A stretch of 63,681 bases of DNA, the filler included, from Dimargaris cristalligena (lineage: Eukaryota): assembly GCA_003614675.1 (NCBI GenBank). It is 3 parts of 3 records of this genome, joined end to end, with 100 filler letters (N's around TTAATTAATTAA, not from the genome) between each part and the next. Parts side by side here need not be neighbours in the genome. Positions count along the whole stretch, not along the records: positions 1 to 21,218 come from ML002668.1; 2 more parts are not named here. One strand, written 5' to 3'. Each line of letters opens with the position of its first letter. The first letter of the stretch is position 1. The notes beneath the pieces were generated by a model. The model was given only the letters and a program-made list of their open reading frames with translations. It was not told where the DNA came from and ran no database searches. Made by a program: the position numbers and the translations under genes. Shown here one piece after another: positions 1 through 11,060 of the stretch.

Positions 1-835
1 CTTGGCCAAGTCTAAGCCCTGCCTACCATTAGAAGCCTATCCTCAGGACTCTTGATGGACTAAGAGTAGTTAACCCGGGTGACACCCCCTCCACATAGAT
101 TTTAATATAGTGGCTTGAGTATGGCCGGGATCCTTTGTCGCCAATAGCTCTCCTTTATTATTATCATTGCTCTTACCCCCCCTCATTATTGTGCCAGTTG
201 AATAATGCAAACCTATGATCCAGTCTATTTAGATGTCCAAGTGTAGATATGAGTCCTTATGAATGCCGAAAGATATATCATTACCTGCTCCTTGACACCT
301 TCTACTTAGTCAATGGACATTGTAAGCCCTCTCAGCTGAAATGACTACACTAGTATAATTTGGTGGGTGCAATCATTATATATTAATTATTGGGGTACAT
401 AGTTGAGTGACCCGTCACCATTCGGGACTGGCATGTATGAAAAAGAAAAGCTAATTACAGAAAAATCTTATAAACCCATAGAAGTGGGGTGGGGGACATC
501 AATAGGAAAGGGGTGTTCTTACAACTATAAAAATACTAAGTACAACTCATGCAAAAAATACTGTGGCATAAAATGTGTAAGTGAACGTTAAAACAAAACA
601 TAAAGCAGGCTTTGGTGAAATATCCGTGAGATCATTAAAGTATAAAGTAGTCTAAATAATACGACTCATGTTAAAAATAGAATGCCTGCTACTAATTGAT
701 ATTGCTGTTGCTGTTAGTGTGGGTGGTGATGTTGTTGTTTTGTGAGGGGAGGAGAGGGGGAAGAGAAAGCCCGCCTTAATGTTAAAGTAATTGGATGTTG
801 GTGACAACATATTATAAAGAGGGTATACTGGGTGA

Positions 836-3800
836 TTAAAAAGCCCGAACGACGTGAACGACCAAGTCATCGAGTTCCCGCTCGATTTTCTCGATACGAC
901 CACTGATGGATTTAGAATAATTGAGGAACACGTCCAACGGGGTGGATCCAGGGGTAGTGGGCTGACCCTGCATCGATGGGGATCGCGAAGGTGGGGTTGT
1001 GGCATAGTTCACCGGTGGGACTCCCCCCCTATTCGGAAGCATATGCGAATGCACATCACTGCTGCCCCCTCCCTCGCCCATCAGGGGTAATGCCGATGCC
1101 GAGGCGGAGGCCAGTTTGCCTACTACACTAGACGAATACGCAGAAGACGCTGTTGGGCCGTCGCGGGCCAGGGTGGGGCTGGTCGGAGCCGGGGAGTTCC
1201 GATTACTTAGAATCGGTCGAGTTCGGGTGGGACCCTCGCCCGCCGTCCCGGTGTGGGAGGGAGGAGCTGTGGTGGACTCGGCGGTGGCTTGGAATCCGGA
1301 CGGTTGTTTGGGATCCGGGAATCGGGCCAAATAGTCCAGGACTAAGTCATCCGCCGTAGCCGGCAGAGGTTTACCGCTGGTGGGTAAACCGCCATTGACG
1401 GGTCCCCCGGTGAGGGGAGGGAGCAACGGAAGGACGGCCGACGAAGACCGCCGGTGCCGATGAGTCACAGCCATGGCCGTGGTAGGCGGGACAAGTTTGG
1501 CCGGGTTATTTGCCGCCAGCGGGAAGAGCTGGTCCTCCGGGAGGGGCTGTAGGCCACGGATAAGAGTGAGCCACGTACTCAAATCGAGTGAGTCGCCGGG
1601 GCGCCGGAATGCGTTAGGGCGACTACGATAGTTGTTGGGTTGGTGGCCCACTGGGGAAGTAACGAAGGTGTTCACGGAGGCATCGCTGTCATCATTGGTT
1701 TCTTGGCTCGAGGGTCGGCCGGGGAGGGACTGAGGGGATGGTAAGTTGGCCGGTCCCAAGTTGGGACTGACCCGGGGCTGTTGCTGCTGCTGATGCTGAT
1801 AACGGTGGTGTGGGGAACCACCGCTGCCACTAATGGGGTCCATACCGTGAGGACTACTTCGGGTTGAGTAGGCCGGATTCGAACTACGACCAGATTGATG
1901 GTGGGCATTAGTATTAGCATTAGCTAGGCCGCTGGTACGTACTGGGGCCCCACCGGGACTGTACAGCGCCGACGGACTATCCGCCAGGCCGGTTGAAGTG
2001 GTAGCAGGTCCGACTCCCAGATTAGGGGTCAAGCTTAAGTTCGCCGCGGAGGACGAAATTAACGTATCGCACGACGACGAGGGAATCTGGTCGGTCGAGG
2101 CGATGGAGTCACGTACCCGGTTGACAGCGGGGGGTGTTGTATGAAGGGCCGCCAGCGGCCCGGTCGTTGGCCCGGGGAACTCGACTTGGGGAAATTCAGG
2201 AGAACCCGTCGATACGGACGAGGAGGTGGAGGAGGAGGCCCGGGTGGTCCGCCGCCCCTGGTCCGCCTCGTCGGTTTCGTGGAGGGCGGCCAGGGTCATG
2301 GATATGGAATGGGTATCGTCGGACGGTGACAAAGTGCCCAGGGGAGAGACGCTGTCCCGGGAAAGGCCATTCGTGGAGCCCGTCGATTTTTTGGCCGACG
2401 TTCGGCGCTTGACGGTTTCGTTGGCCATCATCACCGCATTCCAGGACATGCGGTTGGCCGCCTTACGGGCCTTAGTCGAAGTTGATTCCATGGAGGAATT
2501 CAGATCACCCGGACCGACACTCCGCAGCGACGGTGTAGGCGAGGACGAGCGACGCTCAATACCAACGACCCCCATCGGCTGGTTAGCGGACGCCGTAGTC
2601 GACGGGCCCGTCTCGGCCAGGAACTGGCTGACGTTCAGGAATGAACTGACCAGTCCACTGGACCGTTTACCGTCGGAGGTCATGGAGGATTGTAACCCGG
2701 GGCTAAGGAGGCCCGAAGACCCCCCTAGACCTTGAGCACTACCGGCCGATAAGCCCACCCCGAGTTCCTGACTCATATACCGCGCTTCGTGTTCGGCTTC
2801 CTCGCGGTACGACAGGCGCCGTTTAATGTCCTCATCCACCTTGGGCTGGAAGGGTGCCATATCCACCGAGGCGCGGACTAGGTTATTTTGCATCAGGGGA
2901 TTAAAAGTAGCGATAGGATCCTCCTGGCCGAATCGATCAATACTCAAGGCCGGACTGAGCAATACCAAACTGTTGCGGGAACCGGTAAAGCTGGTACGCA
3001 TCGAGCCTTGAATAGATGAGGTCTGTTGGATATGGTAATAGTCCAAGGCGGCCGAGGGTGATATAATCGAGCGGGGTGGGTCACTCGGGGGAGCGGCAAA
3101 AGTTTGCACAGATAGGGGCGGGCGACGGCCCGCGAAGGTAGGCAGGTGATCCTGGGAGAAGCTGTTAAATCGACCCTGGGAGGCAATATCGGCTGTGACG
3201 GCACTACTATTGGGGGCCGTATGGGTGAAACTCGCCGACCTGATCGACCGGGGGGCCGCCGCCTCGGAAGGAGGATCTGGTCGGGGTGGGGGCGGCGGAA
3301 ACGAGGGCGCCGGGGGCAGAGATGCTCCCGAAGAGGATCTATCGGACCGGCCCTTCGGCGGTGGGGAGCTGGGCGGGAGGATGCTAGAGAAAATGTGTTT
3401 TAATACCCCATCCGGGTCAACGGCCGATGAAGCACTGGCGTTACTATTACTCCGGCCCGCGGGTCGTGGGGGGAGAACCCGGGGAATGGGGCGGTCATTG
3501 GGTTCAGTAGGGTCATTCATCGAGTTATAAGTGGGAGTGGACGGTGCCACCACCGAGTAGCTGGCAAGGGAAGGTAGCCCCGTGGAACGGGGGGGCTCCT
3601 CTTTGATCGCAGCAGTGGATGGACGTGGTGGTGGTTTCGGCGGGCTGCGAACCCGGGAGGACGTTTCGGGAGTGACATAATCGGCCGGCGAGGACGAGGC
3701 GGAGTCGTACATGGAACTCTGACTAGAGCCAGCATCATCATCGCTGGTACTTGTATTCGATTGGATATGGCTGTCCCGCTTGGCCGGGCGGTCCGGCAGT

Positions 3801-6244
3801 GGCATGGGTCGACTCCCTTTGGACGTCCAGGCCGCGGAAGAGGAGGGTGCACCGAAAGATTTGGATTCAGGCCTTACCCTGGTAGATACCATGGGGGTGA
3901 CGTACACGTGCTCGGTACTATCCGAATCATAGTCCGGGACCAAACTATCGGAGGCCATATCCTTGGACCAGGCGGCCGATGTTTCCGGCAGGGGCTGATG
4001 ATCTCTAGACCCTACTCCATTTTTCGCCAAATGGCTACTGCTATTATTCAACCCGTCGTCATCTAACCCAAACGCTTCATCAAAGACCGACCGGCGGTGG
4101 TTTGGGGAGGGGGCCTGTTCGTTCGGTAGGTGTTCATTGATCCGATTCATAGTTTCCATCATGGAATCCTCGGCAGTGAACGGGGAAGACAGACTATGGA
4201 GGGAGGAATTAACAATAGCCCCGGTGGAGGCGGAGGGCCCGCCCGGGGCCGAGTCGGCCCCTATGAGGCTTGTATCGTATAAGTCGGTCCGACTAGCCCC
4301 CGTAGTACCGGTGATGGTGGAGGGCGTCGGGGGCTCACTGACTAAATGTCCGAAGGAAGCGATATCACCGGGGATGTCTTCAGGTTTGGGGGCCGTATCC
4401 TCCTTGAGGATAAAGCGCAGGCATTCTTCCGGTGGGATACCATCCATACATTCGGTAACGTATTCCAGGAGCGTGTACATATGTTCATCCTGGGCGAGAG
4501 AAATACCGAAGTTGAATCCATCAATGTAGGCTAGCAGGCGATACTTGGGACCTACGCCCGTGGCGTCGGAGGTCGGTAAATTGAATTGGGCCAGCACCCG
4601 CGGCAGCACATCGGCGAAGGATTCATTAATATACATTAGGACCGGCTGTTCATCAGCGACCGCGAATTCGGCAGGGTCGTCCGACGCAGATTCAATGTGG
4701 TAGGCCACAATAAATTCAAACGGCCGATTATCGTCGATGAGACTGGAGTCGCCATCGGGAACGACGGCATCCCGGTTATCGTCATCGTCAGTGGCGGCGC
4801 CCGCGGCGATAACCCCCGCGTTGGCGGAGGACGCAAAGGCATTCGGAGACCCCGATTCAAAGCGGTTTTCGCCGGGGACCAGAAAGTCGTTTTCTTCGAA
4901 CCCATCGAGTTCGTAGACCTGGTTGAAGTCATTCATGTGATCGGAGCGTTGAATGGATGCGTCGGGGTATTGGTTGGTTAGGTAGGGGGGATTTCGGGCT
5001 GCGGAATTCGGGTTATCGGTGGCGGTAGCGTGAGCGTCCGTAACGGTTCGACCATCATCGTCTGGGTGGCTGACCATTGACGACGCATAATAATCGGGGA
5101 GGTAGTCGTCCGAACGGTTCTTTTCCAGGGGAATCTGGACGGTTGAACCCGACCCGTAGCCGTGCTGCTGAGCCAGAGCCATGGTATTTAGAGCCAGGTT
5201 GGCCTCGGCGTTCATTTCGTTGAGGGGACTTTCGTCGCCATCCCGTTCCAAGGAATTGTCCTCCTCACCCACACGGGGATAAACTTTACCGGACACGGCA
5301 TTATCAGACTGAATGCCCGTCAGATCGTCGGGGCGCCGGGGACGGCTAATATGGGGAGCCTCGGTAGCTTGACTACGGGCAGAATCCTCAACCTCTAAAT
5401 CTTCATCGTCGTCGTCATCTTCACTCATATCATCCGCACTATTGGGGCCCTCGTCATCGTGGTAGTGCACCTCGTTACCTTCGTCGTCGTAGTCAATATA
5501 ATCGTCCAAGTGATAGGTTTCGTTGACGGATATGATGATATTTTCGGCGAAACGGATTCCATTGATGCCGCGGGCTTTTTTGGACGAGGGCCGCAGAGAG
5601 ACGGGTAGGGGACGGTCCTGGGGGATTGGCCTGACTAGCTCCACGTTCCGATCCCGGTTGAGCCGGGCCCGGCGGAGGTCGCAGGTTTCGATATTATCGG
5701 CGGGGATATACCCGATATCGCCGGTGTCCTTGAGGACCAGCCACCAGAACTGATTGCTTTCATCCAGGAGCATGAGCTCCTCCGCTTCCCGTACGGTGAC
5801 CTGACCGTCGACCATGCGCACAAAGTCAAAAGCCGCGTACACGATAGTGGGCACCTGGCCCGCGTTGAGGGAAATCATTTGCCCGTCGGGTAAGGTGACA
5901 TTGGTTTGAATATCGCTGCCGGACTCGCTGGTCACGATATGGGCGCAAGCGGTTTGAATGGTGGTGACCAGAACTTGGCCATCCGCACTGAAGGCCTGGT
6001 CCAGGTGGTACCGGGACGAAAAGGAATCATTGATACCCAGTTGCTCGGGAAGCTCGTTGGGGTCGGCGCCGCTGTGGTCGAGGGCCATGGAATCGCCTAA
6101 GGCGCCGTCGTGGTCGTAGGGGTGCTGGGCGGGTACGAGCCCGTCGTCGGGCGCGCCGTAGCCCTCAATCTCCGGATTGGGAGAAGGGTCCTGCTGACCG
6201 CCCGCGTGTTGTAACCGCTGCATAAAGAGGTCGTCGGCACTCAT
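836..6244 (-). CDS. Tea4/Bud14-like SH3-domain polarity protein, putative PP1-targeting subunit (1802 aa)
   Basis: SH3 domain (VYAAFDF...FWWLVLKDTGDIGYIPADNIE) is followed by RRARLNRDRNVEL, as in the Tea4/Bud14 family, and an RVxF-like GIRF motif. The rest is an acidic tract, a possible RA/ubiquitin-like segment, long S/P-rich disorder and a C-terminal coiled helix. A 5'-UTR intron is likely (GTAAGT donor ~6700, CAG acceptor ~6246). Confidence 0.75.
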   Translation of the reverse strand: MSADDLFMQRLQHAGGQQDPSPNPEIEGYGAPDDGLVPAQHPYDHDGALGDSMALDHSGADPNELPEQLGINDSFSSRYHLDQAFSADGQVLVTTIQTACAHIVTSESGSDIQTNVTLPDGQMISLNAGQVPTIVYAAFDFVRMVDGQVTVREAEELMLLDESNQFWWLVLKDTGDIGYIPADNIETCDLRRARLNRDRNVELVRPIPQDRPLPVSLRPSSKKARGINGIRFAENIIISVNETYHLDDYIDYDDEGNEVHYHDDEGPNSADDMSEDDDDDEDLEVEDSARSQATEAPHISRPRRPDDLTGIQSDNAVSGKVYPRVGEEDNSLERDGDESPLNEMNAEANLALNTMALAQQHGYGSGSTVQIPLEKNRSDDYLPDYYASSMVSHPDDDGRTVTDAHATATDNPNSAARNPPYLTNQYPDASIQRSDHMNDFNQVYELDGFEENDFLVPGENRFESGSPNAFASSANAGVIAAGAATDDDDNRDAVVPDGDSSLIDDNRPFEFIVAYHIESASDDPAEFAVADEQPVLMYINESFADVLPRVLAQFNLPTSDATGVGPKYRLLAYIDGFNFGISLAQDEHMYTLLEYVTECMDGIPPEECLRFILKEDTAPKPEDIPGDIASFGHLVSEPPTPSTITGTTGASRTDLYDTSLIGADSAPGGPSASTGAIVNSSLHSLSSPFTAEDSMMETMNRINEHLPNEQAPSPNHRRSVFDEAFGLDDDGLNNSSSHLAKNGVGSRDHQPLPETSAAWSKDMASDSLVPDYDSDSTEHVYVTPMVSTRVRPESKSFGAPSSSAAWTSKGSRPMPLPDRPAKRDSHIQSNTSTSDDDAGSSQSSMYDSASSSPADYVTPETSSRVRSPPKPPPRPSTAAIKEEPPRSTGLPSLASYSVVAPSTPTYNSMNDPTEPNDRPIPRVLPPRPAGRSNSNASASSAVDPDGVLKHIFSSILPPSSPPPKGRSDRSSSGASLPPAPSFPPPPPRPDPPSEAAAPRSIRSASFTHTAPNSSAVTADIASQGRFNSFSQDHLPTFAGRRPPLSVQTFAAPPSDPPRSIISPSAALDYYHIQQTSSIQGSMRTSFTGSRNSLVLLSPALSIDRFGQEDPIATFNPLMQNNLVRASVDMAPFQPKVDEDIKRRLSYREEAEHEARYMSQELGVGLSAGSAQGLGGSSGLLSPGLQSSMTSDGKRSSGLVSSFLNVSQFLAETGPSTTASANQPMGVVGIERRSSSPTPSLRSVGPGDLNSSMESTSTKARKAANRMSWNAVMMANETVKRRTSAKKSTGSTNGLSRDSVSPLGTLSPSDDTHSISMTLAALHETDEADQGRRTTRASSSTSSSVSTGSPEFPQVEFPGPTTGPLAALHTTPPAVNRVRDSIASTDQIPSSSCDTLISSSAANLSLTPNLGVGPATTSTGLADSPSALYSPGGAPVRTSGLANANTNAHHQSGRSSNPAYSTRSSPHGMDPISGSGGSPHHRYQHQQQQQPRVSPNLGPANLPSPQSLPGRPSSQETNDDSDASVNTFVTSPVGHQPNNYRSRPNAFRRPGDSLDLSTWLTLIRGLQPLPEDQLFPLAANNPAKLVPPTTAMAVTHRHRRSSSAVLPLLPPLTGGPVNGGLPTSGKPLPATADDLVLDYLARFPDPKQPSGFQATAESTTAPPSHTGTAGEGPTRTRPILSNRNSPAPTSPTLARDGPTASSAYSSSVVGKLASASASALPLMGEGGGSSDVHSHMLPNRGGVPPVNYATTPPSRSPSMQGQPTTPGSTPLDVFLNYSKSISGRIEKIERELDDLVVHVVRAF

Positions 6245-9200
6245 GCTGTGAACCGGTTCGCGCAGAGACGGCGGTCAAGAACGGTAGAGTGTTTGAACTT
6301 GTGGTGTGAGGGGTAGAGTAGGGCCGCAAGGTAAGCGCTAAGAAAGAGGAGATACAGTCGGCCGAAAGTAACTATTACGGGAGGGGACAATGGCCTAAGT
6401 TGGTAAGTGGGCGGGCAGGAAGGTTCAAAATGAAAATATATAAAAAAACGGTCGCTAAGACGAGATGAGATGGCAATGCAGAGAAACGAATAAAAGTAAC
6501 GGAGGGCCTGTTCGGCACTGGACAAAGGACAATATAATAAAACAGCAGAGTGAGGAGCAGTAGGGTCCCTGAATAATAAGTAACAGAAAAGGATAATAAT
6601 CGAGCCGCAAGTAAGGAAAAAGGGGTTTTCTAAGGAACAGAGAAGACAATAGAAGAGAGATAGTGCTGGGCCCAGGCAGATGGATGTGATATATACTTAC
6701 TGCACTGGCACAGAGTCCGCTACTGTGGCCGAATCACACAATAGAGCTTTTGATAGGTATGAGAAATATGGAAATATAGGCAATGAACGAGCGGGTTCCA
6801 ATTATACATTATGCAGCCGCTGAGAGGTTAATATAGCACCAAGCCACACCAAGCCTACTGGAAATTAAGCACGCGGTGAATAAGACTCGGCTTAAATGAA
6901 GGACTGAGTCGTCGCTGTATGTAATGAGATGTGAACTATTATATATATATAAAGACAGACGGGGTTGGTAGAGTTGGTAAGAAATAAGAAGAGGAGACGA
7001 GTAATGAAACCCAACCACAAAGACTCATGTGGGGCACTGCTGACCTTGTGATACTAGCAATCGTGGGGAAGACGACAGCGACGTGCCTTGCTTAAAGATA
7101 GTACCGCAAAACCAGAAGCTATAACACTGCAGTGTTCAGGAGGAGAATATGGGAGTGCCAATAATGGCTTACTTTGGAGCCAAGTGGGGTATTTACAAGT
7201 ATAACGCAGGCAACAAACCAGTCAACCTGTACGCCTCAATGTGGGTGGTGTGAGCCGCCACCTAAATAGAAAAGAAACCGATGCAAGGCTAGGGAAAATT
7301 GGAAGGAAGTGGATTTTACAAATCCACTTACTTAGAAGCCACACAATATTATGAAAGAAAGGGCGGAAAGGGGGAAAGATAGGGGTAGAAATGGCTCTTC
7401 AACCTAGTAGTAATTGAGGGAAATGATTGCAGTACACTGTAAATACATAGACCCCTTATAGGGAAAATAGGACAGGTGTATATATATATGTAAATGGGCC
7501 TCAGAGAGGGGTTAGGGAGTAACCAAGGGGGGGGAAAGCTGGAGCATTAAAAGGAACCCCCCATTCCAGCAGGGGGTGGGCAAGGCTGTTGCTTGGGTAT
7601 ATACCCCTACTACTACCGACTGTATCGTGGGCATAATCAGAATCCACAAGAGCTGCATGATCGATGACCGCCATAATTGCATGGCAAACCGTAATTATTA
7701 TCCTCCACCGTGCCACTTCAATTCATCAAGACCGGCTGGAAGTAACATTACCTATCCGCTCCTTTTCTTACTCTCTCTCACCCATTGTTCATCAACCATT
7801 TGCCGGATCAGACCAGACAAAGTGCCTTAAATCACTAGAGGGCAAAGTCTTTGATAAGTTCAATTCAAAGTGAATCGACCAGGGTTAGGTCTTGGAGCCA
7901 ATCCCGCCCTTCTCTAGACATCTCTAGCGCAGCTTTATGCTACAGCTCAAGTAAGTTACCATGGGTGGAATAGAATAATCATAGTATATACTAGCAAGGA
8001 AAGGGGAGGAAAGAGGGCGAGGAGATACAAAGAGGGGGGGAATGGCCTTCAATGTTCCCCTAACAGACAGGCCACCCTGGTAGCGATCGTCTGGGATGGG
8101 AGATGATGGGTGTTGCCTTTTACGGATGACAGGAAAGTCGGTCATGTCTGATTGGGTTAGATTTACACGTATAGCTGAAGATACTTAATACATAGATATA
8201 TGGTGGTGTAGCATAGCCTGCCAGGCGAATTGCCGAACATTGAGGTGACGCTAAGCTGGAAGGAGGAAAAGGGGATTGATCCATACCCCCACTATTAAGC
8301 ATCGAGGTTGCCTACCAGAGCCAAAGGTTTTTCATAAAATAAAATAAAAATGCAAAAATCCATGTATCCAATCTACCCATAAAAGGGGTGATGGATTCCA
8401 GGTTCCTTAATATTGGTCAAGGTCCGGAAAATAATAAATGGTTTAGAAGGCAATGCCTGTGCGACCCAGAAGTAATAATATTTGGGCCATCTCTGGAACG
8501 GCTAGCTGAAAGAGTGTGTCCCAGGCATGGAGGGCCAAAGGAAGGAGATCAGTCTAACCAAATCATCGATTGGTAACCGAAGCCTGGGATTCCGCATAAA
8601 ATTCACACCCATACACCCCGTCTCTCCATGGACAATACCTGCTCAGATACAAATCACTAGGCAATTAATTAAACGACCATGTTTGCCAGGAGGTTTGCTC
8701 ATTCATTCGTACCCTACATGGAACCTGGCCATCTGCTTGACTTTTTCCGCGACAAACGAGGCCTGCGCAACGACTAGAAGAGATCCTGACATTCCGATGA
8801 TCTGACAGGTTGCACGACCAATGCCCGAATGATTGGTTCAGGGGCGCGTTGGGCCGCGACCGATTGTTGCGTCTCGCCCTACTATTTATCTTGTCGATTT
8901 CAATTAAAATTTAAGAATTAGATAACTAAGGGTTATTAATTTTTTTTAATAAATTAGTTTACAGGCCTAAACCTTACATCGTATACCGAGGTGCGCTGTT
9001 AGGTAGACCCCTCTCACCCGGGGAGGGTGGTGCAGCGGTGCTAGGGTAATTATAAGGGAACGGCTTATCTAGGACGATTATGAGCTATAGGAAAGATTAA
9101 GAAAAAGTGCGACCAGAAAGAAAAAAACAAACTATAAAAGACTATATATCAACTCGGGACCGGTCATTCATCATCTACCCGTCACTTGGACTCTCGAATT

Positions 9201-9976
9201 CCGGACCAATTATTTGGCTAATTATGGGCATAGGCGAATTGCGCCGGGGTGGGTGTAGAGTAGTTAGCCAGTATAGTGGGAGAGACGGTGAATGGTACCA
9301 TGGTTTGGTCCAATGCGGAAGGTGGGTGAATCAGAGCGGTGAACAATGCGGACGGTCGGATAGTTACGAAGTAAAATGAAGCAAAGGGTCGGTGGCTATG
9401 TGACGTGGGGTCAAGCCCAATACTGGGTGCAATGCTTGGATGGGGAGGCCGAAGGAAACGGGCGATTAAAGAGTGGAAGGGTGAAAGTGGAGGTGATAAG
9501 TAATGTATTCATCAGATCGAAATTTGGGAACCGATATGCCGAGCTTTTTCAGCCAGTGGGTTGAGGGTTATGGCGGACTCTTAAGGAGCGGAGAAATGTA
9601 TGTGGAAGTTGATAATTTCCGACGGAATCAATCAGATGCCATCAGAGACCAGAGCACCTCTATCTCGTTGTAGCCTCAGTAGGCGACCCGTTTTCCGCTA
9701 TATTTATTGATAATCCCATTATATATATATATACATATTTATATAGAGGTATGCAGGAGGCCCCCCAAAAAACGAGAAGGAATCGGGTTTAGTCATCCGC
9801 TTATTTTAAACATCGTGAGAAGTGGAAAGCAATACTGAAGAGGTAGACCTACATCCTTGGTTGGGGGTGAAGTTGGAAGATACTAGGGGAATACGGTCTT
9901 CCTCCAGCCGCAATACTCTAAAACCCTATGTGTGGCCCAGTAGTTTCCGCACGCATCGATGGGTCCCCCCTTTTTT

Positions 9977-10441
9977 TTAACTATACGCTGGTAGGGGGTT
10001 TGGTAACTTACCCATATCAGAATTCTCGTGAGCCTCATTCTTTTCCATTTCCGCAATTTCCTGGGCGGTTAAAAACCGGCCACCGGGCCCGCGTGGCCGC
10101 CGCATAGCATGCTTATGGCGGGACTCATGAAGATAGGGCTTGCGTTTAACCTGCATCTTATGGAGTTCGGCCAGCCGAGCGCGGGCCTCGCGCCGTTTTA
10201 GTATACGGTGGTATTGCTTGGCATTAACATAGAGAGGTTCCTCTTCATAGACAGGGGTGCCGCCTGCCGATAGACCCGCTGAATGGGGATCCCCGTTGAG
10301 TGCGGCATTGGAGGCCGAAGCAGAGGTGGGGGTGCCTGGTGGGTTGGAGGCGGCTGCCACGGCAGCGGCCACTGCAGCGGCTGCTGCGGCCGCTGATTCA
10401 GAGGTGGGTAGGTCTTCCTGGTGGTGGTAAAGATGGTTCAT
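9977..10441 (-). CDS. HAP2: CCAAT-binding factor subunit Hap2/HapB/NF-YA
   Basis: Canonical [21 protein letters not shown]...[23 protein letters not shown]. First ATG is at 10441 (the ORF track starts at a GTG). A strong G|GTAAGT donor at 10011 suggests the true C-terminus is spliced to a downstream exon; a candidate has branch site GCTAAC ~9265 and TAG acceptor ~9218. Confidence 0.95.
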   Translation of the reverse strand: MNHLYHHQEDLPTSESAAAAAAAVAAAVAAASNPPGTPTSASASNAALNGDPHSAGLSAGGTPVYEEEPLYVNAKQYHRILKRREARARLAELHKMQVKRKPYLHESRHKHAMRRPRGPGGRFLTAQEIAEMEKNEAHENSDMGKLPNPLPAYS

Positions 10442-11037
10442 GGCGAAAGAGGGCTTATGGTAGTAAGCGTATAGCACAAGGAAATACCAGCCCCGAATTA
10501 AGAAATAAAAGCGCAGAGAGAGCCCGCAGAGGGTTTATGGAAAAGGGGAGGGTGAAAGCAAGAAGAGGCAATAAAGAGGAGGGTAAGGTTAGTACGATAG
10601 TTCTAGGACTGGGAGTGGTGTGGTAGTAGGGCACACAATAATTAGCTTTCCTCATTGGGTAAGGCGAAAAGTGGGGGAATTCGGGGCCACTATTGGGCAG
10701 GTTTAAAAAAATCCGCGGACTGGCTTTTGGAGTCCGGTTTTCAAAGGCCCGGGGTAACTGGCCAGTAAGGCACTGAAGCCCCGACCACTTCGGTCTCCAA
10801 TACAGCCTATTGGAGGTAAAGTAGCGAGGCCCGGGTAGGGAATTAAAAAAGCAACCACTAACGGTTTCTAGAAGGTTACCTGGTGACTGAGCGGAGGAGA
10901 GGGGAATTCACGAGTGGGGCAAAACAAAGCGACGGGCGTGAGGGGAAATTAGATAGAGTAGTATAGCAGACGGAAACTGGACAAACGGGCAATAAGGAAT
11001 GGAGCCGCAGTGAATTATGGGGAAGAGAAACAAGGTA

Positions 11038-11060
11038 AGAGAGAGAGAGAGAGAGAGAGA
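11038..11060. repeat. (GA)n microsatellite upstream of HAP2
   Basis: Pure AG dinucleotide run. Confidence 0.9.

Noticed and set aside
854-6100. Many antisense and alternate-frame ORFs inside long GC-rich CDSs (also within 13.5-15, 18-20, 21.5-29, 35-41 and 44-46 kb)
   Set aside because: Shadow ORFs of GC-rich coding sequence with no recognisable motifs.
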